Below, piece after piece: positions 23,575 to 33,219 of a DNA stretch of 64,000 nt (position 1 is the first letter of the stretch; each line of letters starts with the position of its first letter). The stretch is from the NCBI GenBank assembly GCA_965218295.1, contig CBDCKN010000009.1:515091-579090 (forward strand). Reading direction: 5' to 3'. The notes beneath the pieces are model-generated. The model was given only the letters and a program-made list of their open reading frames with translations. It had not been told where the DNA came from and did not search any database. A program made the translations under genes and the position numbers. This stretch comes from Longimicrobiales bacterium (GTDB taxonomy: Bacteria; Gemmatimonadota; Gemmatimonadetes; Longimicrobiales; Gaopeijiaceae).

Positions 23575-24535
23575 ATGGCAACGACGAGCGGGACGACTCG
23601 ACGCGACTTCCTGATGCAGCTGCCGAGCCTCGGCGTCCTGCTGTCCCGACCCGGCGGGATTCTCGTGCAGGAGACTCTGCCCACGCAGGAGACCCTGCCC
23701 ACGCAGGAGACGCTGCCCACCCGAGCCATACCAACCAGCGGTGAGACCCTGCCCGTAGTCGGGCTGGGATCCACGAAGCCCGTCCTTGAAATCCCGCACG
23801 AAGGCACGGGGCCCATAGCGTCCGTGATGCGAACGCTCGTCGAGCACGGGGGCCGCGTCGTCGACACCTCGCCCCGAACCGAGGAGGTCGACGCCGAGTT
23901 CGGTCGAGTGCTGATGGCACCGGACTTACGCGACCGCCTCTTTCTCGCCACCAAGATCAACACGGACGGGAGAGAAGCCGGCATCGCGCAGATGCGGCAG
24001 ACGCAAAGGCTCTTCGGCCCGGCGCGCCCTGGACTTGGTCCAGGTCGAGAGCATGCGAGACTTGGAGGCCCATTGGCCCAACGTTCGTGAGTGGAAGGAG
24101 ACGGGTGCGGCGCGTTACATCGGCGTGACGGTTTCCAGTGACCGCCTGCACGATCGCCTGGAATCGTTTATGAAAACGGAGCCGCTGGACTTCGTGCACA
24201 TGAACTACTCGGTGATGGAAACCCGAGCGGAGGAGCGCCTCCTACCGCTGGCCCAGGATCTCGGGATGGCAGTCCTGATCAACAGACCGTTCATGAACGG
24301 CAGCTACTTCGGGCGGGTCAGCGGGCGGGCCCTGCCGGAATGGGCCGCCGAATTCGACTGCGCGAGCTGGGCGCAGTTCTCACTCAAATACATTCTCGCC
24401 CATCCCGCGGTGACGTGCGTCCTGACCGAGACCACGAATCCGGAGCACATGGAGGAGAATATCCAGGCTGCTCTCGGCCGCCTGCCGGACCAGGCGACCA
24501 AGCGGCGCATGCGGGAGCTGGTTCAAGACATCTGA
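23575..24535 (+). CDS. Aldo/keto reductase with Tat-like signal; frameshift near 24017
   Basis: TRRDFL; GETLPVVGLGS, VDTSP, FLATK. Second frame has ARYIGVT, NYSV, WAQFSLKYILAHPAVT. Confidence 0.8.
23668..23721 (+). repeat. 3x 18-bp in-frame tandem repeat (QETLPT)x3
   Basis: CAGGAGACT/ACC/ACG CTGCCCACS units at 23668, 23686 and 23704. Confidence 0.95.
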
Positions 24536-24591
24536 GCTCGTGGGCCCTCCCGAGTACACGTCGACGACGCGGCGGGCACCGGTAGGGGGGC

Positions 24592-26095
24592 TCAGGCCGT
24601 CGGCTGCACGTTCGCGTTTAGCCGGAACAGGTTCGTCGGGTCGTAGCGGTTCTTGATCTGCACGAGCCGGGCGTGGTTCCGCCGGTAGTTGGCATTGATC
24701 TCCTCCGCCGTCTCCTGGTCGACCTCGTTGGTATAGAACCCGCTGGTGAAGGGTTCGAGCTCGGCCCAGTACCGTCTGATCCAGTCGACGTGCGCGGTCG
24801 AGTCATCGCCCACGTTCCAGCCGACGGCGTTCAGCATGTTGAGCTGTGCGTACCGGTGCGCGAACGACGTCGCGTCCGGCGCCGCTCGCCCGATGGCTCC
24901 TCCGGCGTGCTGGAAGAACAGCTGGGTTGCGCGTCTGGGATGTCCCTCGAAGTTCTCCACGATGGCGGTGGCGAGGTCCGGCGCGATTTCGGTGACGAAG
25001 CCGCTCTTCAGGTAGCTACCCAAGGCGCGCGGGTCGTCGACGTCACCCGATCGCTGAAGCGCCACGTAGTCCATGGCCGCGAGACCGTCCATTGCCGGCG
25101 TGCCCCAGCCGCGAATCGGCGCGAGCGCTTTCTCCGCCCCGCTCTCAGGCCCGGAGTAACAGACGCTGAACCCCGCCACGCCGTCCACACCCCCCGGAGG
25201 ATACGCCATGAAGTAGTCCATATAGAGCTCGTCGGGAGCTTCGAGGGCGTAGTCGGCGTAGAACTTCAGGGCGTCGAGAGCCTTGGCGATGGGGAACATG
25301 ATGCGGCCGCCGACGACCTGACGTTGCATGGGATGCAGCTGGAACTCGAAGGAAGTGACCACACCGAAGTTCCCACCACCCCCGCGCACTCCCCAATAGA
25401 GATCCTCGTTCTCGTCTTTGTTGGCACGACGGAGCTTGCCGTCGGCCGTCACCACGTCCACGGCCATAACGTTGTCGAGGGCGAGACCGAACCGGCGCGC
25501 CACGCGACCGAATCCGCCGCCCAGGGTCAAGCCGCTCACACCGGTGTGCGACACGGTCCCCATGGGCGTCACCAACCCGTACGACATGGCCTCGTGGTCG
25601 AGCAGGCCCATCAGCGTCCCCCCCGCGACCCGGGCTCTCCTGTCCACCGGATCGACGCGGACGCCCCGGATTGGCGAGAGATCGATCATCATGCCGCGGT
25701 CGCACGTGGACTTTCCGGACGGGCTGTGACCGCCGCACTTCACCGCCACTAGCAGGCTGTTCTCCCGTGCGAAATCCACCGCGCTCGCTACGTCGGCGGC
25801 ACCGGTCGCCTGAACGATGAGGGCGGGGTGCTTGTCGATGGAGGCGTTGAGCACGCGCCGAGCGTCGTCGTAGCCCTCGTCGTCAGCCAGGAGCAGGTGC
25901 CCTTTCAAGCTGGCGGCCAGCTCCTGGACTGCCTTGCCCTTCAGCGAGACTTCCCGGCCGTCTCCCGTGATGGCATCGACGTCGGGGGGCCACCTGGGCC
26001 ACCGGCCAGTAGAGAGCGGCCAGCGACCGCCTCCCTGGAATCGAGGTGGCGACCGCAGCCGCGATCGTGGATCGGAGGAAGGTCCGTCGTTTCAT
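24592..26095 (-). CDS. FAD-binding oxidoreductase (berberine bridge enzyme/VAO family) with Tat signal; frameshift near 25985 (G run)
   Basis: MKRRTFLRS; CGGHS flavinylation motif, GLTLGGGFG, RGGGGNFGVV, RYDPTNLFRLNAN. Confidence 0.88.
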
Positions 26096-26512
26096 GACTG
26101 AGCGCTCCGTTGGCAGGGAGATTCCAGTTGGACGAGCGGGAGCAGAAGGGCAGACTGGGGGATTACCAAGGTTTTTGCAAGAAATCGAAGGGGCCTTGTA
26201 CCCGGCATGGGGCGGGCCTTCGTACGGGAGATGCGACACGCCTCCGATACTACGCGAGGCCTCGGGGAATAAGTGCAGAGAAGGAGGGGAGTGCAAAGAA
26301 GGAGGAAAAGGGAATCGTGGGACGCAAAGGTGTGTGTCTCGAGTGTCGTAGTCGGCCTTGGGATGCAGGAATGTAGAAGAAACGCGGCCGTGCGACTTCC
26401 GTGGGCGTGACGATGAGCGGGCTCTTGCACAGCATCGCCGCCCCACCCACGATTGTCCAATACAGCTGCATCTTGAAGAGGAGTCATCGCAGTACGGCCA
26501 GGAGGAGTGGCG

Positions 26513-27164
26513 ATGCCCCACGAGACGGCCACTAGAGTCCTCGAAGTCTTCACGGACTTCGTCTGACCCTGGTGCTACCTGAGCGCCGGGCGCGTTCGCA
26601 GGCTGGAAGCCGCGTACGACCTCGATGTCCGGTACACCTACTTTCCCCTCCACCCCGAGACCCCCCCTGAGGGGCGCTCCCTCGTGGATCTGTTCGCCGG
26701 TCGTGAGGAGAGGCTGGCCGGCATGCGCTCGCGTCTCGTCGCGCTCATGGACGAAGAAGGCCTAGAGTACGGTGACCGCACCCACACATACAACAGCCGC
26801 CTTGGCCCAGGAGCTGGCGGTGTGGGGCGATGAAGAATCTGTGACCGATGCCCTCCACGACGCCCTCTACCGCGCATACTTTGTCGATGTCCGGAACCTG
26901 GCCGAGACTGACGTGCTCGTGGATGTAGCCGAATCCGTGGGGCTCGACGGGACGCGGGCCCGGGCCGTCGTCGAGGAGCGCCCGCACCGGGAGACCATCG
27001 ACGACCACTGGCGGCGCGCCACCGAGATGGGCGTCACTGGGGTTCCGACCTTCGTCTCGGAAGGCTTCGGCGTGGTGGGCGCCCAGCCGTACGACATCCT
27101 CGAGGACCTCGTGACCAGGGCAGGGGCCGTTAGACGCCGGGCGGCTGGGGGAGCGGAGCGATGA
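26513..27164 (+). CDS. DsbA/FrnE-family thiol oxidoreductase, predicted selenoprotein (UPWC); frameshift near 26801
   Basis: GGAGGA RBS, ATG 26513, then EVFTDFV-TGA(26564)-PWCY, FPLHPETP, TYNSR. After the frameshift AQELA...AYF...GVTGVPTF...GAQP. Confidence 0.85.
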
Positions 27165-27200
27165 GCCTCGAGGCGGAGCGATGAACCGAGGAGCAGGCCG

Positions 27201-27718
27201 ATGAGCCCTGTGGGAGCGCTGGGGGCCGCATGGGGCGTCGGTGGGGTCGGTCTCCTCCTCGGGGGCGCGCGTCTACCGGCTGACCACTGTCGCCGTTCGT
27301 GCCTTCGACTATCCCCTCGACATCCGCCACTGGGTCTTCCTAGTGGTTTGGGGTGGCCCTCATGGTCGTCCTGGAGGGGTACCTCGGCTTTCAACGGTCC
27401 TTCTCTCCGCGCGTGGCTGCCCGGGCGAAGTACCTGACAAAGCACCCGCACGCGGTCCGCTCGCTCCTCGCGCCGTTTTTCTGCATTGGGTATTTCCATG
27501 CCATCCGCCGCGTACAGATCCGGTCGATCCTGCTGACCATCGGCATCGTGGGCCTGGTGTTGGCCGTTCACCGGATGGTTCAGCCGTGGCGCGGGATCGT
27601 TGATCTGGGGGTCCTGCTCGGCCTGACCTGGGGGATCATCAGCATCGGTGTGTTCACCTTCATGGCCTTCGCCACTGACGGGTTCGACCATCCGCCTGAG
27701 ACTCCGGCCGACGCGTAG
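27201..27718 (+). pseudogene. Small integral membrane protein (two frameshifts near 27265 and 27350)
   Basis: Hydrophobic segments spread over three frames. EGYLGFQRSFSPRV, QPWRGIVDLGV. Confidence 0.55.
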
Positions 27719-27831
27719 AGTCTGCCGAGCCGCCGCAGCGCCCGACTCCCTACCTTGCCGTTCACCCCCCCGCGGGGCATCGTGGTGAGGAGGCGATTCA
27801 CAGGTCTGTCATGGGGTCCGGAGGTGTTGAG

Positions 27832-28207
27832 ATGAACGGGAAGATCCGAGCTTCGGTGGCGATTCTCGCAGCGGGTTTGACGGCGGGCTGTGTCGTGGCG
27901 GCCGCGGGAGCGGGAGCCGCTGCCGGGATCCACCTGACCTCCCAGGGTGCCGAGGCGGAGGTTCAGTCGAACATCCAGGGCGCCACGGGCCGCCTTTAAG
28001 CGGATGGGCATCGAGATCACCGGGGAGAGCATGGAGGATTCCGGCAGCAAGCGTGAGCTCAAGGGCTCGGTGGACGAGCTGGACGTAACGGTGTCGCTCG
28101 AGGCCCGCGACCGCGGGACCCACCTCGAGGTTTCGACCAGGCGCAACTTTGCCTCCTGGGATCAGGATTACGCGGAGCGGTTGCTGGCAGAGATCGTCGG
28201 GGGGTAA
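27832..28207 (+). pseudogene. DUF3568-like lipoprotein, frameshifted near 27995
   Basis: Lipobox LTAGC followed by VVAAAGAGAAAG. C-terminal half in another frame (AFKRMGIEI...LLAEIVGG). Confidence 0.55.
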
Positions 28208-28244
28208 CGCGCGCAGGAAGTCTCACTGCCCCATCGTTCTCACT

Positions 28245-28655
28245 CTACCCTGGCTGCTTCAACGTCACCCTGATCGCACCGTCGCTGTGGCTCGAGCCGT
28301 AGCGTAGGGCGGCGTCGTTCGGGTCGAGGTACCGTATTTCCTGCACCAGGGAGGGCCGGAGGCGTCCCAGCACGCGCGTGGATCCCCTCAGGACCCCATC
28401 GATGTAGACCGGTATTGTGGACTCCTCATAGATGGTGACCATGCCGCGTCCACGCACCCTCAGCCACCTGGGCCGCAGTCGACGTATGGCGTCGAAGACA
28501 TTCGGCTGCATGAAGTCGGCCAGATCGGCGGCCGTGATCAGGTTCGGGTTTCTGTTCGCGCCGGCGGCCCTGCCCGACGTGGTCCCGGTACTGGAGCAAG
28601 CCGCCGAAGCGGTCGCGAGAGCCAGCACGAGGAAGACAACCGACGGTTTTGTCAT
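28245..28655 (-). CDS. Lipoprotein consisting of a TonB-receptor plug-like domain only
   Basis: Lipobox SAAC; LITAADL, NVFDAIRRLRP, VYIDG, IRYL...AALRYG...GAIRVT mirror plug-domain motifs. No barrel. Confidence 0.65.
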   Translation of the reverse strand: MTKPSVVFLVLALATASAACSSTGTTSGRAAGANRNPNLITAADLADFMQPNVFDAIRRLRPRWLRVRGRGMVTIYEESTIPVYIDGVLRGSTRVLGRLRPSLVQEIRYLDPNDAALRYGSSHSDGAIRVTLKQPG

Positions 28656-28819
28656 GGTTCGACCGGCTCCGTAAAGGGCGAGATGGCCTGGGCGCAGCGG
28701 GCACGGTATCGGTAAATATGCTGTGATGGAGCGGGGAGAGCCAGCCTGTGTTCGGTCGAGCCACCCCCGGCAGATTGCAGCCTGCCGGGGTAAGGGGGGC
28801 TTCGTGTAGGCGTGCATCC

Positions 28820-28837
28820 ACGTTTCCGCGGAAACGT
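28820..28837. promoter_or_regulatory. Perfect palindrome ACGTTTCCGCGGAAACGT (parS-like), copy 1
   Basis: 18-bp palindrome, intergenic, identical to the core of the 38188 copy. Confidence 0.6.
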
Positions 28838-28841
28838 CACT

Positions 28842-28869
28842 GGACTTAGTCTAGGACTTAGTCTATATT
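28842..28869 (+). promoter_or_regulatory. Toxin-antitoxin operator/promoter: (GGACTTAGTCTA)x2 overlapping -10 TATATT
   Basis: Two 12-bp direct repeats, each with palindromic GACT-T-AGTC. TATATT at 28864-28869 ends 5 nt before the antitoxin ATG, suggesting a leaderless mRNA. Confidence 0.7.
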
Positions 28870-28874
28870 GCGAC

Positions 28875-29156
28875 ATGGCCAAGGTGAACATCCACGAAGC
28901 GAAGACGCACTTCTCGAAGCTCCTCCGTCGGGTATCGGCGGGAGAAGAGATCGTCATCGCACGAAGTGGCACACCTGTGGCGCGTCTCGTTCCGATGGAG
29001 GACATGCCGCGGCCCCGGGCGTTGGGAGTCTACCGAGACCGGATCCGTGTGTCGGATGCTTTCGACGCCACCCTTCCGGAGGAGATGCCGGAGGAGTTCG
29101 AGGGGGACGATCCTCGGGGGATCGAGTGTGACGATCCTCCACGGACTCGGGGGTGA
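28875..29156 (+). CDS. Phd/YefM-family antitoxin
   Basis: VNIHEAKTHFSKLL..V.AGEEIVIARSGTPVARLVP. The stop overlaps the toxin GTG. Confidence 0.92.
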   Translation: MAKVNIHEAKTHFSKLLRRVSAGEEIVIARSGTPVARLVPMEDMPRPRALGVYRDRIRVSDAFDATLPEEMPEEFEGDDPRGIECDDPPRTRG

Positions 29157-29542
29157 CGGTCCTCGTCGACACTCGGGTGTGGCTCTGGATGTTAGCCGAT
29201 CCGGAGCGGCTCAGGGCCGAGTCACGTTCACTGTTGGAGAGCCGGGAGACCGAGGTCCTCCTCTCGGCGGCTAGCACGTGGGAGATCGCCATCAAGTGGG
29301 CCATCGGGAGGCTCGAGCTCCCCGGGGATCCCGAGGAGGTGATCGGCGAGATGATGAGTCAAACCAGGGTCACGCCCCTCCCTCTCCTCCACAGCCATAC
29401 GCTTCGGGTCGCGACTCTCCCGGGCCACCACCGCGATCCCTTCGACCGACTCCTGGTGGCTCAGGCCCAGCTCACCGGCGTACCCCTCATGACCGCCGAT
29501 CCCAAGATTGCTCAATACGACATCGAGGTGATCGAGGCCTGA
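29153..29542 (+). CDS. vapC: PIN-domain toxin
   Basis: VLVDT, SAASTWEIAIK, HHRDPFDRLLVAQA, TADP. Confidence 0.93.
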   Translation: MTVLVDTRVWLWMLADPERLRAESRSLLESRETEVLLSAASTWEIAIKWAIGRLELPGDPEEVIGEMMSQTRVTPLPLLHSHTLRVATLPGHHRDPFDRLLVAQAQLTGVPLMTADPKIAQYDIEVIEA

Positions 29543-29651
29543 CAAGACGACGTGCTTCTGCCGTCCTCGTGACGATCCGCCTCGGTTTGCATAATGTTCG
29601 TCTGTCGGCGATTCACGACCGTTCCTCAACCTCAGCGAGAGAGCTTTCCAA

Positions 29652-29843
29652 ATGGCGGCGTACACCTGCGAGAAGTGCGGCATGAGCGTGAACATGACCT
29701 GCGGACACTGCGGGCAAGACCTCGTTCACGACACCCTGACGAAGGACGACGGCGGCACGGTAGACGTGTCCAAGTGCCCTGAGGGACACGGGATGATCAA
29801 GTCACCCATGTGCTGCGCCCAGGACATGACCTGCTCGATCTAG
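29652..29843 (+). CDS. Small Cys-rich putative metal-binding protein (63 aa)
   Basis: CxxC, CxxC, CxxxH, CC and C motifs; codon usage typical of the window. Confidence 0.75.
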   Translation: MAAYTCEKCGMSVNMTCGHCGQDLVHDTLTKDDGGTVDVSKCPEGHGMIKSPMCCAQDMTCSI

Positions 29844-29969
29844 GGGAGCAAAAACACTCACCTGTGGGTGGCGAAAACCCCGTCTGCTGCGAAATTGCTG
29901 GCCTTTTCACGGTTCAGTAAGAGCAGGCGTCGATGTGGGATTGGGTACGTATCGTGGGGTGGAGTGTCG

Positions 29970-30356
29970 TCAGAGATCCCAGCCCGCCCGGGCAAGCATC
30001 CAGAGGTTGATCACCACGATCAGGATGGCGGTGATGTAGAACGCTGGGGGCGTCACGGCGTCGGGAGCCGCGAAGAAGGCACCCCCAACTAGGCTCGGCA
30101 GTCGCAGGCCGTGGACGGCCCATACGATTCGGGCGAACCAGACGTTCTGCCACCGGTAGAGGCCGACGAAGACGAAGCCCGCCACCAGGGCTCCGGCTCC
30201 GAGCCAGAGCCACGGGGAGCCGAACCGGGCCGGTAGGAGGCCCGCCTTGAGCATGGCATACGCCGCCGACTCGTAGAGCATGGCGACGAGCAGGTATACG
30301 AACCCGGCTTGACGGAACTTCGCTGCGCGCGGGGCTGGCCAGTCTTGCTTCAACAC
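29970..30356 (-). CDS. Hypothetical 4-TM membrane protein
   Basis: GGAG RBS plus GTG 30356; four hydrophobic segments. Confidence 0.7.
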   Translation of the reverse strand: MLKQDWPAPRAAKFRQAGFVYLLVAMLYESAAYAMLKAGLLPARFGSPWLWLGAGALVAGFVFVGLYRWQNVWFARIVWAVHGLRLPSLVGGAFFAAPDAVTPPAFYITAILIVVINLWMLARAGWDL

Positions 30357-30615
30357 GATCTCTCCATATGGATGGCAACGATCGAAGGGAGCCCGCTGCA
30401 CCGCAACGATCGAGGGGACCCTGGCCCACCGCAAGAGTGAGCGGGCCGTCGGTAAGCGAGGCGTCGGTGCCCCACCCGCTTGTTTCCCTTAGCGCCGTCG
30501 ACGATGGCGCCCGCTGCTCGGCGGTCGGCGGGCACGCGATCGCCCATGGCCGCACTTGACGGCCTGTACCTATCCCACGTATGAATTCGGGTGTCCCGCG
30601 CAGGAGTTTAGACAG

Positions 30616-31146
30616 ATGACCAGCCTCTGGGGCTTCTTCGCCCCCCGCCGTACCGCGGCCGCCCTCGTTTTCACCGCCGTCATGAGCTCCGCCGTGTGCA
30701 GTGACGGGACGTCGCCCGAGCCGCAGGCAGTCGACTCGCAGCTCCTGGGGGGGCCTCTCATGCTCGAGATTATAGCTCCCGATTCCAGCATCACCGAGCG
30801 GGTGTCCTTTCCCGACCAGACCTTCAGCTACGTCTGCCGCTTCAACCAGCTCGCCAAGCTGTCCGGCGGGGACCGCGAAAGCACCATCCACTGGCAGAGC
30901 GCGGACGTCACGTGGCGCTGGCTTTCGAACAACGAGCTCCGGCACTCCACCGTGTGGTCCATGGAGGAGCTCGTGGACTTCTGGGGATCGGACCGGCTCG
31001 GAGCGGGGCAGACGCGGGCGTCGGTCAATTATGTGTTTTTCGGCACGCAGCCGTACCGGCTCGACTTCGCGTTCCGCTACCTGGTCCAGGGCGAGGAAAG
31101 TGTGAGAACCGAGGAGAGTGCGGTGCGCTGCGTCGGGCCCGGATGA
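30616..31146 (+). CDS. Hypothetical exported/lipoprotein
   Basis: AGGAG RBS; hydrophobic N-terminus ending AVC; beta-rich remainder. Confidence 0.6.
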   Translation: MTSLWGFFAPRRTAAALVFTAVMSSAVCSDGTSPEPQAVDSQLLGGPLMLEIIAPDSSITERVSFPDQTFSYVCRFNQLAKLSGGDRESTIHWQSADVTWRWLSNNELRHSTVWSMEELVDFWGSDRLGAGQTRASVNYVFFGTQPYRLDFAFRYLVQGEESVRTEESAVRCVGPG

Positions 31147-31320
31147 TCCCGGCCGCTACGCTCCTTGCGGCCGCCTCTCCGCCGGCCTTCCGCTCCCGGG
31201 CTGCCCCGTAACCCGGCCGTCCTCGTAGACTACCTCGCCCCGGCGGATCGTGATCACCGCACTCCAACGGTACCTATGGGCTCGTGTTCATGTTCACCAC
31301 AGCCGGGTGAGCTCCCAACA

Positions 31321-32586
31321 GTGACCGTTGAGCTCAGCTCATTCGCAAAATCCCTCACCGCCGAGACCGCGTTCACCGTCCTGGCGATCGCCAAAGAACT
31401 TCAGGCCACGGGGAAGGACGTGGTCGAGCTGGAGATCGGGGACAGCCCGTTCAACACGTCGCCTGCGGCCAAGGCCGCCGGCATGGAGGCGATCGGGAGC
31501 AACCACTCCCGCTACTGCGCGTCACCAGGGTTGCCGGAGCTCCGTGAAGCGGCGGCTCGATATGTCCGGGAGGATTTCGGCGTCCCGGCCCAGGCGGAGA
31601 ACGTGGTGGTCGGTTCCGGTGCGAAGGTCTTCGAGCAGTTCTTCTGCGAAGCGTTTCTGAACCCGGGCGACGGCGTGCTCGTCTTCAGTCCGTACTTCCC
31701 CACCTATGTGCCGAACATCCTGCGGCGCGGGGCACGTCCAGTGTTCGCGCCGCTCAGGCAGGCCAACGACTTCCGCCCGGATCTCACGGAGATCGAGCGC
31801 TTCCTCGCTGATGACCCGTCCCCGAAGGGGATCTTCCTCAACTCGCCACACAACCCGACGGGCGGAGTGGCGACCGAAGAAGACCTCCGGTCCATCGCCG
31901 ACCTCATCCGGGGCCGGCAGATCGCCGTCTTCAGTGACGAGCCTTACTGCCACATGGTGTGGAAGGGTCGGCACCACTCGCTGATGGCCCAGCCCGGCAT
32001 GCTGGACCACGGCGTAGCCGCCTACACGTTCAGCAAGTCGTACAGCATGGGTGGGTGGCGGTTGGGTTTCGCGGTGTCTTCGCCGACCACCGCCGAGCGC
32101 ATGGGCACAATGATCAACACCACGATGTCCTGCACGCCGCCCTTCGTGCAGCTGGCCGGCAAAGCGGCCCTGGAACTCGACAGCGCGGAGCGGGACGCGA
32201 CGATGCACAAGTTCCGCGCCAAGGTGAGCCTACTGACCGAGGGTCTAAACCGGATCGACGGCTTCCACTCCCTCGAGCCTCGCGCCACGTTCTATGTCTT
32301 CCCGAACGTGTCCGCCGTCTGCAATCGCATGGGAATCACGAGCCACGGCCTGGCCCTCTACCTGCTGGAGGGGGCCGACGACCAGTTCGGCGTGGCCTGT
32401 CTGGGAGGCGAGTGCTTCGGTGACGCGGGGGCGGGCTTCCTACGGTTCAGCTGTGCCGTATCCGACGAGCGGCTCGAGCAGGCGCTGGACTTCATCCCGG
32501 TGGCGCTTGGGCGGGAGGACCGGGTCCGGGCGTTCCTCGAGGCGCGTCCCGAGTTACGATTGGACGAACCATATCCTGGAGTTTAG
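31321..32586 (+). CDS. Class I/II PLP aminotransferase (aspartate aminotransferase-like)
   Basis: ELEIGDS, GLPELR, NSPHNPTG, SDEPY, FSKSYSMGGWRLG. Confidence 0.92.
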   Translation: MTVELSSFAKSLTAETAFTVLAIAKELQATGKDVVELEIGDSPFNTSPAAKAAGMEAIGSNHSRYCASPGLPELREAAARYVREDFGVPAQAENVVVGSGAKVFEQFFCEAFLNPGDGVLVFSPYFPTYVPNILRRGARPVFAPLRQANDFRPDLTEIERFLADDPSPKGIFLNSPHNPTGGVATEEDLRSIADLIRGRQIAVFSDEPYCHMVWKGRHHSLMAQPGMLDHGVAAYTFSKSYSMGGWRLGFAVSSPTTAERMGTMINTTMSCTPPFVQLAGKAALELDSAERDATMHKFRAKVSLLTEGLNRIDGFHSLEPRATFYVFPNVSAVCNRMGITSHGLALYLLEGADDQFGVACLGGECFGDAGAGFLRFSCAVSDERLEQALDFIPVALGREDRVRAFLEARPELRLDEPYPGV

Positions 32587-32625
32587 TCCCGGTGGGTGCG
32601 CACCGGCGGCAGCTTAGCTGAGGCC

Positions 32626-33174
32626 TTACGCGCCGTGCTCGGGGTGGGTGCAGCCGACGAACTCGGCCTGAGGACGGTGGCCTTTGTACTGCAGCTCCTG
32701 GTGAATCCCGATCGCCGAGGTGTAGTACCCGTCGATGGTTCTCGATTTGAGAATCGCGAAGAACTTCTCGAGTTCGGTCGTCGGGTGATTCTCGTTCCCT
32801 GACATGGTCTGCATGATCCGGTCTTGCTGGGCTGCATCGCATTCGAGGAACGGCTTTTGGAACCGTGCCTGTGATTCTTTCTCCACAACGCCCAAGCCGC
32901 GGGTCCATTGGTCCTGCACGCCCGGATCACTGTGGGACACCATGAGATCGATGAACAGGCTCACCTTCGCCTCATGGGCACCTGGCGAGTGGTCATCGGC
33001 GGGAATGATCAGTTCGGTGAGGCGATCCAGCAGCTCGTTTTGGCCCTCACTAAAGAAGCGGAGCTTGTATTCGGCGGGCGCCCGGGCCAAAGCGTTCAAC
33101 TGCTGGCCGGCGACCTGAAGGCGCTCGGCCACGACGCCCGCAATCATCAGTTTGAGCAGTGTGCGTCGTTGCAT
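32626..33174 (-). CDS. Gluconate 2-dehydrogenase subunit 3-like protein (Tat)
   Basis: QRRTLLK; LIIPADDHSPGA, FID, TIDGYYTS.IG. Directly downstream of the GMC gene. Confidence 0.85.
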   Translation of the reverse strand: MQRRTLLKLMIAGVVAERLQVAGQQLNALARAPAEYKLRFFSEGQNELLDRLTELIIPADDHSPGAHEAKVSLFIDLMVSHSDPGVQDQWTRGLGVVEKESQARFQKPFLECDAAQQDRIMQTMSGNENHPTTELEKFFAILKSRTIDGYYTSAIGIHQELQYKGHRPQAEFVGCTHPEHGA

Positions 33175-33219
33175 TCTGGGTTCTCCTTGCACGGGCGGCG
33201 CGCGTAGCACGCCACGCCT

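Noticed and set aside
26272..26306. Purine-rich 18-nt-period repeat AGTGCARAGAAGGAGG
   Set aside because: Only two imperfect units in low-complexity DNA. No spacers, so not CRISPR, and no supportable function.
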